Position numbers and translations under genes: made by a program
Notes under the pieces: generated by a model
Seen by the model: only the letters and a program-made list of their open reading frames with translations
What the model was told of the DNA's origin: nothing
The model's database searches: none
Assembly: GCA_000182565.2 (NCBI GenBank)
Contig: KQ257456.1
Reading direction: 5' to 3' (one strand)
DNA length: 64,000 nucleotides
DNA from: Spizellomyces punctatus DAOM BR117
Lineage: Eukaryota
Shown here: one piece after another, positions 1 through 12,773 of the stretch
Numbering within the stretch: the first letter of the stretch is position 1
Layout: each line of letters starts with the position of its first letter

Positions 1-1304
1 AGAAGATGAATGATAAAAAAAGCCACGTAATAAAGGGCAAATGTCTTTTTGGGGCTCATGCTCTCTCTCTCTCTCTCTGCCTTTCCCTTTTTTTTAATCC
101 TTCCTTTTAGTAGTTGGAAATCACAAAAATACTTTTTGGATGAATGCAACATGATGCGGATTCTTACACATCTCTCTTTCTGTTGTTTTTTTTGATTGAG
201 CAAAAGGCAATCAGCCTAGAAAGCTTTCTCATTCACATCTGTTCAAAAGAAAACGCCTAAAATAAGAAATTCGGGATCGGGATCAGCAAAAGGGAAAAAG
301 GTTTCCACTCTTCCTCTCGATGGGGAGGCGGAGGGGGCAAAAGACCAACTTGATCACAACCTTTGTCATGGCAAAATGGGGAGCCCCCAATGTCAAAATG
401 TTACCAAGTTAAGCGCTAACCTGGTTGTTTAAACCGACCTTACACTGCAAGGGAAGGAGTTGGGCTTTACAGCAGTTTCCGAGCAAGGAGGATAAAAGAA
501 TCTGGAGATTGATACGCTGTGCGTGTGTGAGATGGAAAGGTTTTCATTTGTTTCCTTTTAGAAAAGCCCATTCCTTCCCACAGCTGTGTATCTCCAAAAA
601 AGAAGGGGGGAGTGAGATGGCTTTTTCTCAACACACACACACCGAGGTCATACTGCTCATCTTTTCCTCCGCAGCTTTTGCTAGACAAATGACACACTTT
701 TGTCTTCCCCAATCCTGAGCCTCTTGAACCCACGGGAACATTTTGTGTCAAAGGATGATAGCATGGCCAAGTATTGTGCCTCTCTCTCTCTCTCTGCAAA
801 CTATCCATGTGACGCATACCACACAAAAGGCCATTTTGCCATACAAAACATGATGCCATGTTGGCAATGACAATAAAGCCCCTTCTGGTTCCTCCAACTC
901 GAGGAGTGCACCCGCCATTCACACACACACACTGGCATAAAGCCCCCCAAATACATTTCGCAAGGCACTGCCAGGCAGATTGAAATCAAAAAAGCCAAAA
1001 ATAAACATATCCAGGGAGGCTTTTTCCAGCCTGGCCCATCTGACACACTCACACACATTTTTGGCGCAGAAGAGAGAGAGACAGAAGGACCGCAATCGAT
1101 CAAACGAGGGCACTCAGCAGGCGGAGCCGTGGCATTTTGCAGAGTGCTTTATTGACCCTGCTTTTTTGGGAGGTTTTTGTGATATCAAGCAACTTGTAAA
1201 GCCATCAAAAACAGATCAAGTACTAGTTATGGCAAGTTGTCAAATGATGATGAAAAGGGTATATCACTTTGCAAACCATGCTTGAACGTCAAAAAAGCCT
1301 TGTG

Positions 1305-2857
1305 TTATTGTCCACCAAAAAACACTTCTTTGTCCTTGACAGTCGTTTCTCGATCCCTAGAAATATATACACATGACGTATCCTGCATGCTTTCACCAAT
1401 CAATGCCCATACGCTCTCCAATGCCTTGCACTCGAATTCAATGACAAAACATTGATCTAAAGAAACCAATTTTCGGGCATCAGCAAGCCCCATTCTCCCG
1501 TGTCCATCTCGGGCTTTTTTTTTTTGCAGCAAAACCTCGTGCCCCAAAGGTCCACACACATTACCTTTCTGCCCTGCGACCGTTTTGATTCGATCGTCTC
1601 CAACATGTCCAAACAAGAGGTTTACATCCCCTGCAGAGTACGTTCGTTCCTTGATCCGGGTAATGGAGACCTGATCTTGGAGCTTCCAAAGGATATGCAG
1701 TGTCACATCCTCTGGTGCAAAAGAGATCATTGTGCGATTCTGGAAAAAATCCCCAATGAAATTGGTTTTTCAAACGTCTCATGTGAGTTTCTGCTCATAA
1801 ATTGCTTGTTTAAAAAAAAAAAAAAAAAAGTGGGTTTGACAAACCTCCTCGTCAGAGCGTCGTGACGGACGACCTAATGCCAATGGTACAATACCCGCAT
1901 GGGTGACGTCCACCTGAACAGTTTCTTGCACGTCCACAGGAAGACGTGGATAATCCTCAGCTTCCTGTTAAACGAGTTGGTCATAAACATCATGCGCTCA
2001 ACAAAAAAAATAACCTTGAACAGAAAAACTCACTAGCGGCGCCTCCAAAGACCAATTCTTTCCCGTCGAGTCATTAAAATCATATACATTACTCCACTCA
2101 TTCCTCAACAGCGGCAGCTTTGCTTGACGGAATTGATCTGAAAAACAACTCCTTTCAACAAACGGCACCGATTTCCCCCATTCACTAATCGAATTAAAAC
2201 CTACCACGCAACCGAGGATAACTATACCGAAAACAACTGAACCGAATCCCAAAAGACGTTTCAATGACAGGCTGCGTTGCGCAATAGAGGGATATACGCA
2301 GAGAGTGACCGTCTCGTAAACTAGACGAACGGCACACATTTCAATTCGTATCGCACCAAGTGCATATGAACGTTTTTTTCTTGCATACCGAAACTGTTGA
2401 CTGGCGACGACCACAGTACAATCCCGACAATCTCTAATAAACACACTTCCTTCGCACGGTGCAATGAAAATAAAACACCGATGACAAGCGTCAATAGTAA
2501 CTTGAGCCGTCCGATCAAAAAGATGGATACTACAATCCTATCATTCTGTCAACACCAAGATTGATATAAACAGATATGGACAGCATACATTACCTCGCAA
2601 TCCTCAATATTAAATGGCATCCCCTCTGGAATAGATCCAGGAGGTTTGACCACATCCTGTTTGACGAGTTTTGAAAACAAAAAGTCTGCGGCATTGTATT
2701 TTGGTGGTGGTGGTGGGACCTCTGGTATAGGTTTCTCTATTTTTTGAGTTGATGTGCATGCCGGTTCTGGTTGTCCCCTCTTTTCCTTTTGTTTGGATTT
2801 GAGATGCAAAAACTCGACGGCTCGTTGAATCCATTGTGGGAGCTTAAGGAATCCCAT
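1305..2857 (-). CDS. RP2: RP2/XRP2-like ARL3 GTPase-activating protein (TBCC domain plus C-terminal NDPK-like region), multi-exon
   Basis: Spliced exons read MGFLKLPQW...DFLFSKL...PPGSIPEGMPFNIEDCE|DCSIHLFDRTAQVTIDACHRCFIFIAPCEGSVFIRDCRDCTVVVASQQFR|LRDG...YCATQPVIE...NEWSNVYDF. These match RP2/TBCC motifs (QQFRxRD arginine finger, ATQPxIE, WSxxxDF). GT-AG junctions keep frame; stop at 1305. Confidence 0.85.
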
Positions 2858-3499
2858 TATTGGGAGTTTTATTTTTTTTGATATTGGTAAAGAAACCGTG
2901 GCTATCAAAACCTGCCTTGAAACTTTGGAAATGGCCCTCTTTGGGCCACAATTTTGTTTGCAGAACTAGACGTCTTTACCTATCTTGGTCTTGCACAGGC
3001 TGGGCTATTCACACCAGACCATATGAGCAATGTTATCAGGATAAATACATCACAAACTGACGATAGATATAGGGAGTACTTCATTTTTTTCGTCAACTTT
3101 GCAACATCAGTCAACACAAGGTTCCATCCTTTCACTATCCTATCTCGTCTCTTCACTACGGTTAAACAACAATCCAAGCGCTTTTTTATTTCGCCCTCTC
3201 ACACTTCTATACATATTTGTGAACGCAAACGACATTCACAATATTCACCGAGTAGGTCTATAACGCGAAATGTTCACGCCCCATTTGGGACACCCGACAG
3301 TCGGAATACAAAAAGAGTCTACACAACGGGCCAGGCGTCAAAAGAGTCTCTCTAATTGTAGTAAATATATATACGTCTATGATTACAATGAAAAAAAAAA
3401 AAAGATGTATGCATCTATGCACATGACAAAAATTCCAAATAACTGCTCCAAAGGTCGGAAAAACGACAAGCAAAAAAAATTCCACAACAGCAACCCTTT

Positions 3500-5129
3500 T
3501 TAGACACGCCAACGGGAAGACGTGCCACTGAGAGCCGGCGCAAGCGTTAACCCACTCTCATCCTCCTCAGAAGCCTCACCCCGAAACTCCCGTCGATGGC
3601 CAATGTCTTCTCGCTCACGTTCACCTCTTCGTCGAGGTTCTCCTTTCCCCAGCATGGGCTTAACAGTCTCCTCAAGAGCCTCATCCGGAACAAACTCGGG
3701 TGAGACTTGTGGAGCACTACGACGTGACGATGGGTTATTCGCTTCCCATTCCTTATAAGTATGATAAACCTGGAACCCGACTTCAATCATGATGAGAATA
3801 ATGATTCCCCATTCCAGTCCGGTAGAGTGTTTTGTGTGGAGGTGACTGCGAATGACTTCAGTCAACTCATTTGCATAGTCTAATTTTTTATTAAAGACGG
3901 CGATCCGCGGTCGGACGTCCAGGTTACGCGATATTCGGTCAAATATGTCTTCCATTTTGGCACTCGACCAGCAAAAATCGGGAGAGTCGAGGAGTTCACC
4001 GTGGAGGTTTAGATGACCTCGTAGAGAAAAGAGTTCACCAAGGTTTTGTAGCACGGCTGCACGGCTGAGCGGAAGTTTTTTGCCTTGCAAGAGGACTTGA
4101 GGGATGTGACGGTTCTTTTCCAAATGCTTTTCAAGCATTTCCTCAAGTGCAGCCAACTTTACGGATCGCGCCAGACCAGACGAGTATGCTAATCTCGCTT
4201 GATGTGCGGGGAGAGAGTTGCCAATAATGATAGTATCAGCGGTGAGTCCTCCAGCCCTATTGATACAACGTTAATAAAATACAAAAACCCAGCATATAAT
4301 AGCATGTAAACTCACTGGTCAAGATCCACACAATAATGAAACCACTCAGTTTCTGCTTCCTTGTACGGATTAATCTCCACCTGCTTCACCAAACGCAACA
4401 AGGCCGCATTCTGCGCATCCGTCGCACCCCACGTCGCAAACGTTCCATCCCGAAATATAAACGCTTCTGCGTCATGTCCTGCTGAACTAGAAATCGACTC
4501 TGATGGGTTCACAAGACGAATATGATACACATCATCGGCAATGAAGGGAAGTAAAAGGTATTTCCTCTGCAAGAGAGGTAAGAGAGTCGTAAAGTTGTAA
4601 TTTTCAGCGGTGCAGTAGGCGGTGGCTCGCATTCCTTCGTCCATAGGCGGTACCACAACAGATGGCTGCCCAGATTCTTCTCTTCCAACATCCCGCACTC
4701 CCTTCTTTTTTTTTGCTCTCCAATTGGGACCTGAAGGGCGGTTGTCCTCTACCCGTGGGTTAGCTCCAATCCGGATAATTGGAGAAGTTGTAAAGGCACG
4801 GCTTAATCGCTGTTGGACCGGACGTTGAACATGTAGTTCACATGCTCGTCGCAGTGATGGAGAGAATGCCTATGAAAACGTAAATAAAAGGCATTCAAGA
4901 CACAATTAACAGGCATGAAAGATGAATGGATCTTACCTTTTGCGAGCTCTGGCAGACTAGTCTTTTGAGTCCGCCAAGCATTCTTGGTTTGATTGAAGCC
5001 ATTTGGTTTTTTCAATTCAAAAGGAGAAGAGGTGCTTGCTTTGTCAAAGATCTTAAGGTCGCAAGCCCCTAGCAACCGATGACACACCGGTATCCATGAA
5101 CGCGCTGCTGCTATCACGATTTCAATCAT
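3500..5129 (-). CDS. RMND1/Sif2-like DUF155 family protein, probably mitochondrial
   Basis: Motifs RATAYCTAENYNF, AFIFRDGTFATWG, LAYSSGLARSVKL, LGELFSLRGHLNL, LDVRPRIAVFNKKLDY, LEWGIIILIMIEV. Three exons; start ATG at 5129 is tentative. Confidence 0.8.
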
Positions 5130-5352
5130 GACGTGTAAATCCGATATTTGGTTCAAGACCAGAGGATCCAGCCCAAAAAAACGTGTGAAATATATTTACA
5201 AACATAAAGGGGTATATACTTTATCTCAAAACCAAAACCTTCCACCAGTACAGAGTTTTGCACAAAAAAATAGGGTTGTGAGACAAACAAAAATGTACAT
5301 CAGCAAAAAAAAGCTCAAAACTGCTATATGCGTTCAAGCATTGCAATGGATA

Positions 5353-6852
5353 TCAAGTGATATTCCACTGGTTCCTCAAAGCTTCCACATCCTTCACCAC
5401 AAACTGATCACCCTTCTCCACCGCAAAGGATCTGACAAAAGTCGACACCAGACCTTTGCACTCTGCAGAAAAGGATATGGTCGAAAGGTTGGGAGCACGG
5501 TCCAAGATGAGTTTTAGACCAGGAGGTTCGACCGTAATCCGCGACTGGAGTTCGACATGCGTCAAGGCAGGAAAGGATTGTACCGGGCCTGAAGCAGAAC
5601 CAGATTGCGTCCCAATGTTCATGTTAACATATGTCCCATTGGGGCCCTCCTCACTCACATCCCCACCTCTGACTTCCCCACCCACAAGCACAATTCGCTC
5701 TACAACCTGCCCACAACTTCCAGCCAATATTTCCATTCCAGTCTCATCCAGTTCGCACACTTCCAGTCTGAGTACCTTGAGTCTATCCAATTTCGCAAGA
5801 CGGAACCACCAAGCGAGGGAACATCCAACGAGATGCAAACTGCGGAGATTGGGACAGCAACTTGTAAGGAGGTACAAGTGGGACGCCCACGGGTTTAAAA
5901 GGCCCCGACTGGGAGATTGCGGGTCGGTGGTACCCGTGAAGCAGAGGTCACGAACAGTGTGGGTGTATGAAGGCCTTGGAGGTGTCCGAAAAAATGACGG
6001 AAAATGGTGCGTGGTCATGATGGGGGACGTGTGCAATAAAAGCGACGCTGTGGTGCGGGTCAACAATGTTGCAATGTCGAGTGTGCAATATATCGCAATC
6101 ACAACTGAATATAAACAAAAAAGGTTAGCGTTGGCAATCTCGCTCTCCAACAAATGCAAACGTGTCTCACCTAAAAATGGAACAGTATAGAACAAAACCA
6201 TGAACCAAGCCAAGACGACTGCATACCCAACTCCCAAAAGACATCTCGCTTCTGGCACCAATCTTAAAAAATGTCGGCCAAACAAAATCATCGTTGCCGT
6301 TCTATAAAACAGCGGCATCCGGCCACCGTATGCCAAGAACGTATGTAGGTTCGCAAGCGACGTAATTTCATGGCGACGGCGAGCAATAGCCGCCTGAGCT
6401 ATCCGGGACAAAAAAGGTGACGGTGTTTGAAGGAGGTGGGCGAGGTCTTGAGGTGGGAGGTACGACGCAATCTATCATATTTTCACCACGTTCAGCCCCA
6501 AAACTGTGCATTGCAAAAGTTACTTGAACCAACGCCGAATTACCTGATGTAAAACCTCGGGAGGTAAATCCACCAACTTTGCATGAGGTACCAACTTCTG
6601 TTTCTTTTCCCTCCTTCCCCACACTCTACTCAAAATGCTCTTCTTTTTGACATGTCGTCGTCGGTGCTTGACAATTTCACCTTCGTAAAATTGCCACATG
6701 CGACTAAGCGCAATCCAACTCTTGACCCATTGTCTAAATTCACCGGGTGTGCGAATATGTGGCGGGGGGAGCGTACTTGTCAATTCTGATGAATCCACTG
6801 AACGAGGGTCAACGTCAGTCCCTTCAGTCGGTGAAAGGACGCGGAGTTTCAT
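5353..6852 (-). CDS. F-box protein with two hydrophobic segments and C-terminal LRR (RNI-like) repeats
   Basis: Removing one intron near 6470-6545 gives LVDLPPEVLHQ|IASYLPPQDLAHLLQTPSPFLSRIAQ (F-box). Later come CPNLRSLHLVGC, LKVLRLEVCEL, FPALTHVEL and APNLSTISF (LRR-like). Confidence 0.7.
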
Positions 6853-7403
6853 TGTGGCGGATAAATGATTGCTTGTTCAAATGTCTTCCGGAATCAGTGA
6901 GAAAGGATGAGGTACTGAGATAGGTATAAAGGAGGTTGAAATGTACTTGAAAGCAAAACCAAGACGAAACGACATTGTCAATGGAAGAAAGCTGGTGTTT
7001 AAAGGGGAGGCGGGGTCGCTTACCCTCGCACACTCTTTGAACACACCCGATGACAAAGTGTGGTTTGTGTGCGGGTCAGTTGATGCAATGAGTGTTGCTA
7101 ACATTAAACGCGTTTGTGGCACAGCAAGGTTTAGCCACTTGTCTCTTCGTCATTCTTCTTCTTCTTCTTTCTCCGCTTCCTTTTGCTTGGTCTTTCTCTC
7201 GTCATTCTTTTCTTTTTTTATTTCTTGATCGCAGAACATTGATGACAGCAATGGCATATGCAAGGAAAGAAAGACATAAGGATACTGGTACTAGTACTGG
7301 ACCTTTACAATTACAACGGTATCGACAAGAAAATATCCCCTCCCAACCACCTCATCCAAACCAACAAAATAAACTGCGCACTACTTTTGTACATAAAAAG
7401 TCT

Positions 7404-9083
7404 TTACAGCGGCACAATCCACTCCTTGCCTCTAGACGGCTTGGAGAGCCAGTTCCTCATCTGGTTAACAGCCCAATGAACATTGTTGAGCGTTCCGTAA
7501 ACTGCCATGAACCTAATATGGGTGCTTTGCTCGTCTCGCGGCATCATGTGCAGAATCCTGTTGCGTTGCTCTTCGGTACACTTGTGGTTGATAAAGAAAA
7601 AGTATTCTTCTGGCTCAGCGCTAAAGATCACATTGGTAGACGTTGAGGCCATGACGTTGGGTAAAATGCTGGCGATGAGAAGACCGCATCCGTGATGGTT
7701 GATGGCAAACAAGTGGCCAGTTCTGAAAAATCAATCCAAAGTTAGTAAGGTAATCTAGCTTTGAAAATGTTTGAATTGAACGTACGTTTCGTTGCTCATG
7801 GTGGTTACCCTGGCCTGAACATCCGCAAGGTTGGTGTTCAGGGTCATCAGGACATTTCCAAAGTTTTGGTGCTCGCGTTGTGCGATTTCCTATGATGGCG
7901 CAAGATGTTAGAAAACATAATCCATAATCAAACAGCATTGCCCCAAAACAGATACTATACCTGTATAGTCGTAAGCTGGTTTTGGGTGGTGTGCTAACAA
8001 AAAAACCAAATCGTCATCAGTAAGAACACATTATCGAAGAGGGATACCGCGAGCTAGCTCGTACCTGCATCCAACCGATCTGGTTGCGGATTTCCCCCAT
8101 GCTTGCACTCATTTGATCCACCGTTTCATTTAACCTCTCATGGGTACGAACCCACTGCCTCTCTGCATTGTTCAGTCTCTGCAAGCGAAGAGCGATGAAT
8201 GATATCTTGGTGGCTTTATGCAACTGAGATACACGAAACTCACCTCATTGATCTGTTCATTTTGGGCGTTCAAAGCCGTAACCTGCCGGCTCTGATCTGT
8301 CAAACTTTCAGTGTTTGCGACGACCTGATAGAGCACAACAGATTAAGAAACAAGTTGAACCATGACAAAGATTATGGCTGGCAAAGATACCTGGGCTTCC
8401 AAATGTTCAACACGGGCCGCCAAGTCGACGATAGAGTCTTCATGTCGGGTGAAATTTTCCGCGCTCAGCTTTGAAAGCGTCTTGATATGAGTCGTGACCT
8501 TTTAAAATGAAATAGTTTAACACAATAGTGAATATCAGATATGCATGACTTGAGTGTACATCAAAGAGGATGGCCACAACGTCGCGGGGAGCAGGTGCCG
8601 CGTCGTCTTCAGTGTCATCGTCGTCCTCCTCATCCTCGGAGACAGATGCGCTAGAACCAGCTTTAGGACACCTGCAAACATGTCAGAAAGTGAGACACAA
8701 AAGATTGCACCCCTGGACAAAGCGAAACATCAACCTACTTCATGCTACGTATCATTGCATTAGCGATGGATTCTTTGAGTTGCCGAGTCTTGCTCCGGGT
8801 ATAGCCCTTGGTTTTGACGCCCCAGTACGCGGCGAGTGCTCGTAATTCGGTAGCGGTGAGGTCGTCGTCGCCGAGAAGTTCGGAAAGTGTGACCTCCTCA
8901 GGATGAAAGGTGATGCATTCCTTCTAAGAAAAAAAAAAATCCAAAAATCAGCAACAGGACAAACGGGTTTGCTTGAACAACAACTGGATATACAAAACAT
9001 ACCTTAATTTTCTTCATTGTAGCAATGGCATCTTCGGCGTCGGGTGAGGCTGCCCTCTTCTTTCCTTTCCTGTCGACAGTCAT
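7404..9083 (-). CDS. Uncharacterised multi-exon protein: basic N-terminus, SAP/LEM-like helical motif, acidic tract, coiled coil
   Basis: About 9 short exons with GT/AG ends join in frame: MTVDRKGKKRAASPD...|KECITF...LTATELRALAAYWGVKTKG...|...EDEEDDDDTEDD...|VTTHIKTL...VEHLEAQ|...|RLNNAERQW...|...WIVPL*. No family recognised. Confidence 0.6.
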
Positions 9084-9228
9084 GATTGAACCAAAGAATG
9101 AAATGAAGCGAGAAGCGAGGGATGGAATGCAAGCGACGAGCGAACGAATGCGGTAACACGGATGAATGAATAAGGCCACACGAAAAAAAGTAACGAATGT
9201 AGGGAAAACGAAATAATAGCACACGCAA

Positions 9229-9330
9229 GCGAACGAATGAAAAAAAAAACACTAAAACTCTACAAAGAAACGAACGAACGAACGAACAAAAACCCGAACG
9301 AACGAACAAATGCACGAATGAACGAAACGC
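9229..9330. repeat. Imperfect (GAAC)n/(TTCG)n microsatellite upstream of the orphan gene
   Basis: Runs of gaacgaacgaac are visible at about 9267-9306, with flanking variants. Confidence 0.7.
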
Positions 9331-12300
9331 CCAACCCAACGACACAAAAGCAGAAATGCAATGAAAAAATAACGAAACGATGGTAGAAGAAAGCTGGGGG
9401 GGAGAGAAAACCGATGCGCCTTTTATATGTGGCCCGCCTAGATCCCCCTGCGTGGGACTGCAAGAGACATTTTCGGACTCGGTCCCCCAACGCGAAAGAT
9501 AGTACTTTCTCCAATGCCACCACATTCACTAATCATGTCCTGAAATCAACCATACATCTTGCACACCTTTACAGTCCGGATATCGGACAGAAACAGTAAC
9601 ACGCTTTCCGTAATGTGGGGCACAGTTCAACACTTTTGATTTCCCTCCCAAAAAAAATAAAACCCTTGTGAGCTTTTCTTCCTGGGGTTAATTTGGGCAA
9701 GAATTTAGGGATGTGGAGAAGTTACTTTGTCCCATATCCCACACGTGTAAGAAACCCGAGAAACTACACTTTTTTTGTTGCAACCCATCTGGGCCGTACT
9801 TATAGCGTTACTTTTGCAACATGCTTTCATCCATCGTCATTCCGACTTTGCCGTGTTTCATCTTTTCAGGTTTTTGCCATCATTTCATATTCCCTGGGGT
9901 TTGTTTTTTGCCTACTCTGGAAATCGAGAGATCCTGGGAGGGGGGTGTGAGTGAGCACGCGTATACAAAGGCTCGGCTGATGGACGTTTGACCCTGGGTA
10001 TTCTCCCCATGATATTTTGAACATGATATACAATCTCTTGTCGAGTGTATGTAGACTCATGAACGATACATGTGTGTTATTATGAAACCGTGAATTCCCA
10101 ATATCGCTACTTTTCTTTTCCTATGCTTTATGGTGAGTTCGATGCAAGTCCAAATGTCACTTAATTCGCCGGATGTGCCATTATTTTTCTTGCATTTTTG
10201 TCCTTTTGTCTTGTTCTCTTATTTTGGTTTCTTGCTGTACAGTATATTTACCCCTTTTCGGTGGACCTACGCAGGTTTTTCCATTTGCGGCTCAATGACG
10301 TCCCTTGTTCAGAGACATTGTTGTTCAACACTCGTCATTCAGTCGTTTCTTTTTGCAAGGATAGGAATTATGGTTTCTGATAATTTCATACAGAAATCTA
10401 ATCATGCACCTCGATAAAATCTGTAAAAAACTTTGCCCCCTCCTGCCTTGTAGATGCAAAGATTTATTGTTTTCGCTGCACGGTGCTTGGGTAGAAGCTC
10501 TTTGAGATCCTACCTATTACATGTAGCAGCCAACTGTGGACTCTGGCACTGGTTTTTGGTTCTCGTTTTGTGATAGCTTTAATCGGAGAAGCAAGCGAGA
10601 TACCAATCTCCGGGATCAAAAAGTTTCTGTAATAGCAAAAGAGGAGAACCAAGGCAATCATTACTAGGAGCTTGCTTGTGTCATAAAGGAAGAGAAATGT
10701 CGATGTAGCGTTGTCAAGCCCAAATCCAATCGATGAAATGTAATTATTCAAGTCTTCAATTTCCGTTCTGCGGGACCACGTTGGTCTTCACTTCAACTAT
10801 CTAAACTGTGATTGGGACAAAGAGGCATTGGATACTAACATCCGGTCGAAGCATTGTATGAATATTCACGATTTTCTGTTGGTGATCGTAATCTAGCATT
10901 TGAGATTCATGATATCCCATAGCCGACACACTTTATGATCGCCAGTTGCATGTATGTTACCAACCAAATGCAAACCTGCGATGATGACTCCTTGTTCCGG
11001 TATCGGTGCTGGTTTTAGTTTTGCGATTCGCGATACTTACAGCCCAACGCAATTGCATGGTCAGTAATGATCCAGCATGGACTTTTACTGCCAGCCGTTG
11101 ATATCCTGATTATCTGATAACCCCAGTATCAGCTAGCAGCTTCTCTTATACTTTTCTATATCGGTTTGTCCTGTTACTTTTCAGTATCATTGAAATGCAA
11201 TTGATGCAAAAACAAAAGTCGACTCGTGCGGGGTTGAATGAGAGTTTTTTACTTCAGCATCGCGTAATCATTGTGCTCGTGATTTTTCAAGTTGCTCCTC
11301 CAAGTATTGCTCAGCACTTGTAATGTAAGTACACTAAGGCATATGTTGCATATGCAAACTCTGGCAAATGTTCTTGTAGCCTACAATGAAAGTAGCCAAT
11401 ATTTTTTATAATTAATCGGGAGCCACACCATGATAATTATGTACGGCGGAAGTTATAAAGTGCACTATCGAATCAAGCCGCCTAAAGTTATACTTTTTTG
11501 AATGCATAGTGTTACCCAATACAAATTGTCACCAGTTACTGTAAGCTTGAGTTTCCTGGATCTGCTAAGCATCAGCCCAACGCTGCGAATGCACGGTTGC
11601 TTGGTATAGCAGTAAAGACTGGGCAAATTGCATTTAGTGCAATGCCATAACTTTGACTGAACTGAACGAATGTTAAACAGTGACGGAGAGTAACCGAAAA
11701 TCATAATTGACAGTATTTTTGTGCGTACGTATTCCGGTCAAAGCTAGGACATGGCGGCAAATATGGCACAGATAATGACATGAGTCTCCGCTGAGGGAAA
11801 ATCACTGGACAGGAGGCTTCAGCAATCAGGCTTCGACTGATTGCGTATTTTGACAATTAGCGAACCTCGTTTTTACTATGCAGCATCTCCGCCGGTCAAA
11901 CGGGGGAAAAGTCAAGCCATGTGGAGCTCCGCTCTCTCAGGGCCCACGTCCGGCGGAGTACTTTTGCAAGTAACTGGGGGCATTTTGTGATGGCAATGAC
12001 TTCACACTGCATGGCTTAGTCGCGCGATTGTCCCGCGATCTCTTCGCTTTTTTAAACATTTCAACCTTTAATGAGTGTGCTGATATTGTCTTGTTGATTT
12101 TTTGAAGCAAGTTACGTAGGTTATTGCCGGCATTTTTACCCTTGGTGCCGGATAGTTGGGTTATGCCTTTATGTCATGCCACAAATTGTTCGTGTTGGTC
12201 GGACCTTTTGTTTTTTGTCCTTTGCAATTGCACCCACGTTCTCCCACCTCCTGTACTGTTCGTCATAATGGAAAAGCTCCGGATTGCACATCATGCCAAA

Positions 12301-12773
12301 AGCCTAGCGCCCATGTCAACTTTACACACCTCCGTCTCCTGGCTAGGCATCGGTTGTTACATGACTGTGCCATGTTAACGTCATTTCGTCCACGTTTTCC
12401 CTTGCACACCTTTTGGCAGCATCTCCATCCTGGATTTTCTTTTTTTTTTGCATCTAAACCACTGAGCGTAGGAGCGGATAAAATGGAAAAGACGCCTTGG
12501 GAAAAGGGGAAATGACTTTGGCATGGATGTCCATCTCCGCGCGATGTGTGGGGAACAAATTGATGCGTAAGAGGGCACATGGTGGGCTTTGAATACGGGG
12601 GAAGAAGGGGAATTCCCTCGTTAAATTTGTAACCCTTCCTATGTAAAAGGCTTTATAAAAGGCAGTGCCGTGTCGATTTTCCGTACAAGTATTGTCGCTC
12701 CCCAACTGGTCGGTTGGACCATCCTCACCCTGTGTTCCTTACCTGTCATCAATTCTTTTCTAAATTCGTGATT

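Noticed and set aside
1-1300. Short ORFs among (CT)n, (CA)n and poly-T tracts
   Set aside because: Low-complexity intergenic or promoter-like DNA; translations are not protein-like.
11210-11250. Minus-strand TTCAACCCCGCACGAGTCGA followed by T-runs, resembling a tRNA 3' end
   Set aside because: No matching 5' acceptor strand, D arm or anticodon arm upstream; at most a fragment.
9600-12700. 3-kb gene-poor stretch with short ORFs upstream of catalase
   Set aside because: No supportable coding, repeat or RNA structure found by eye.
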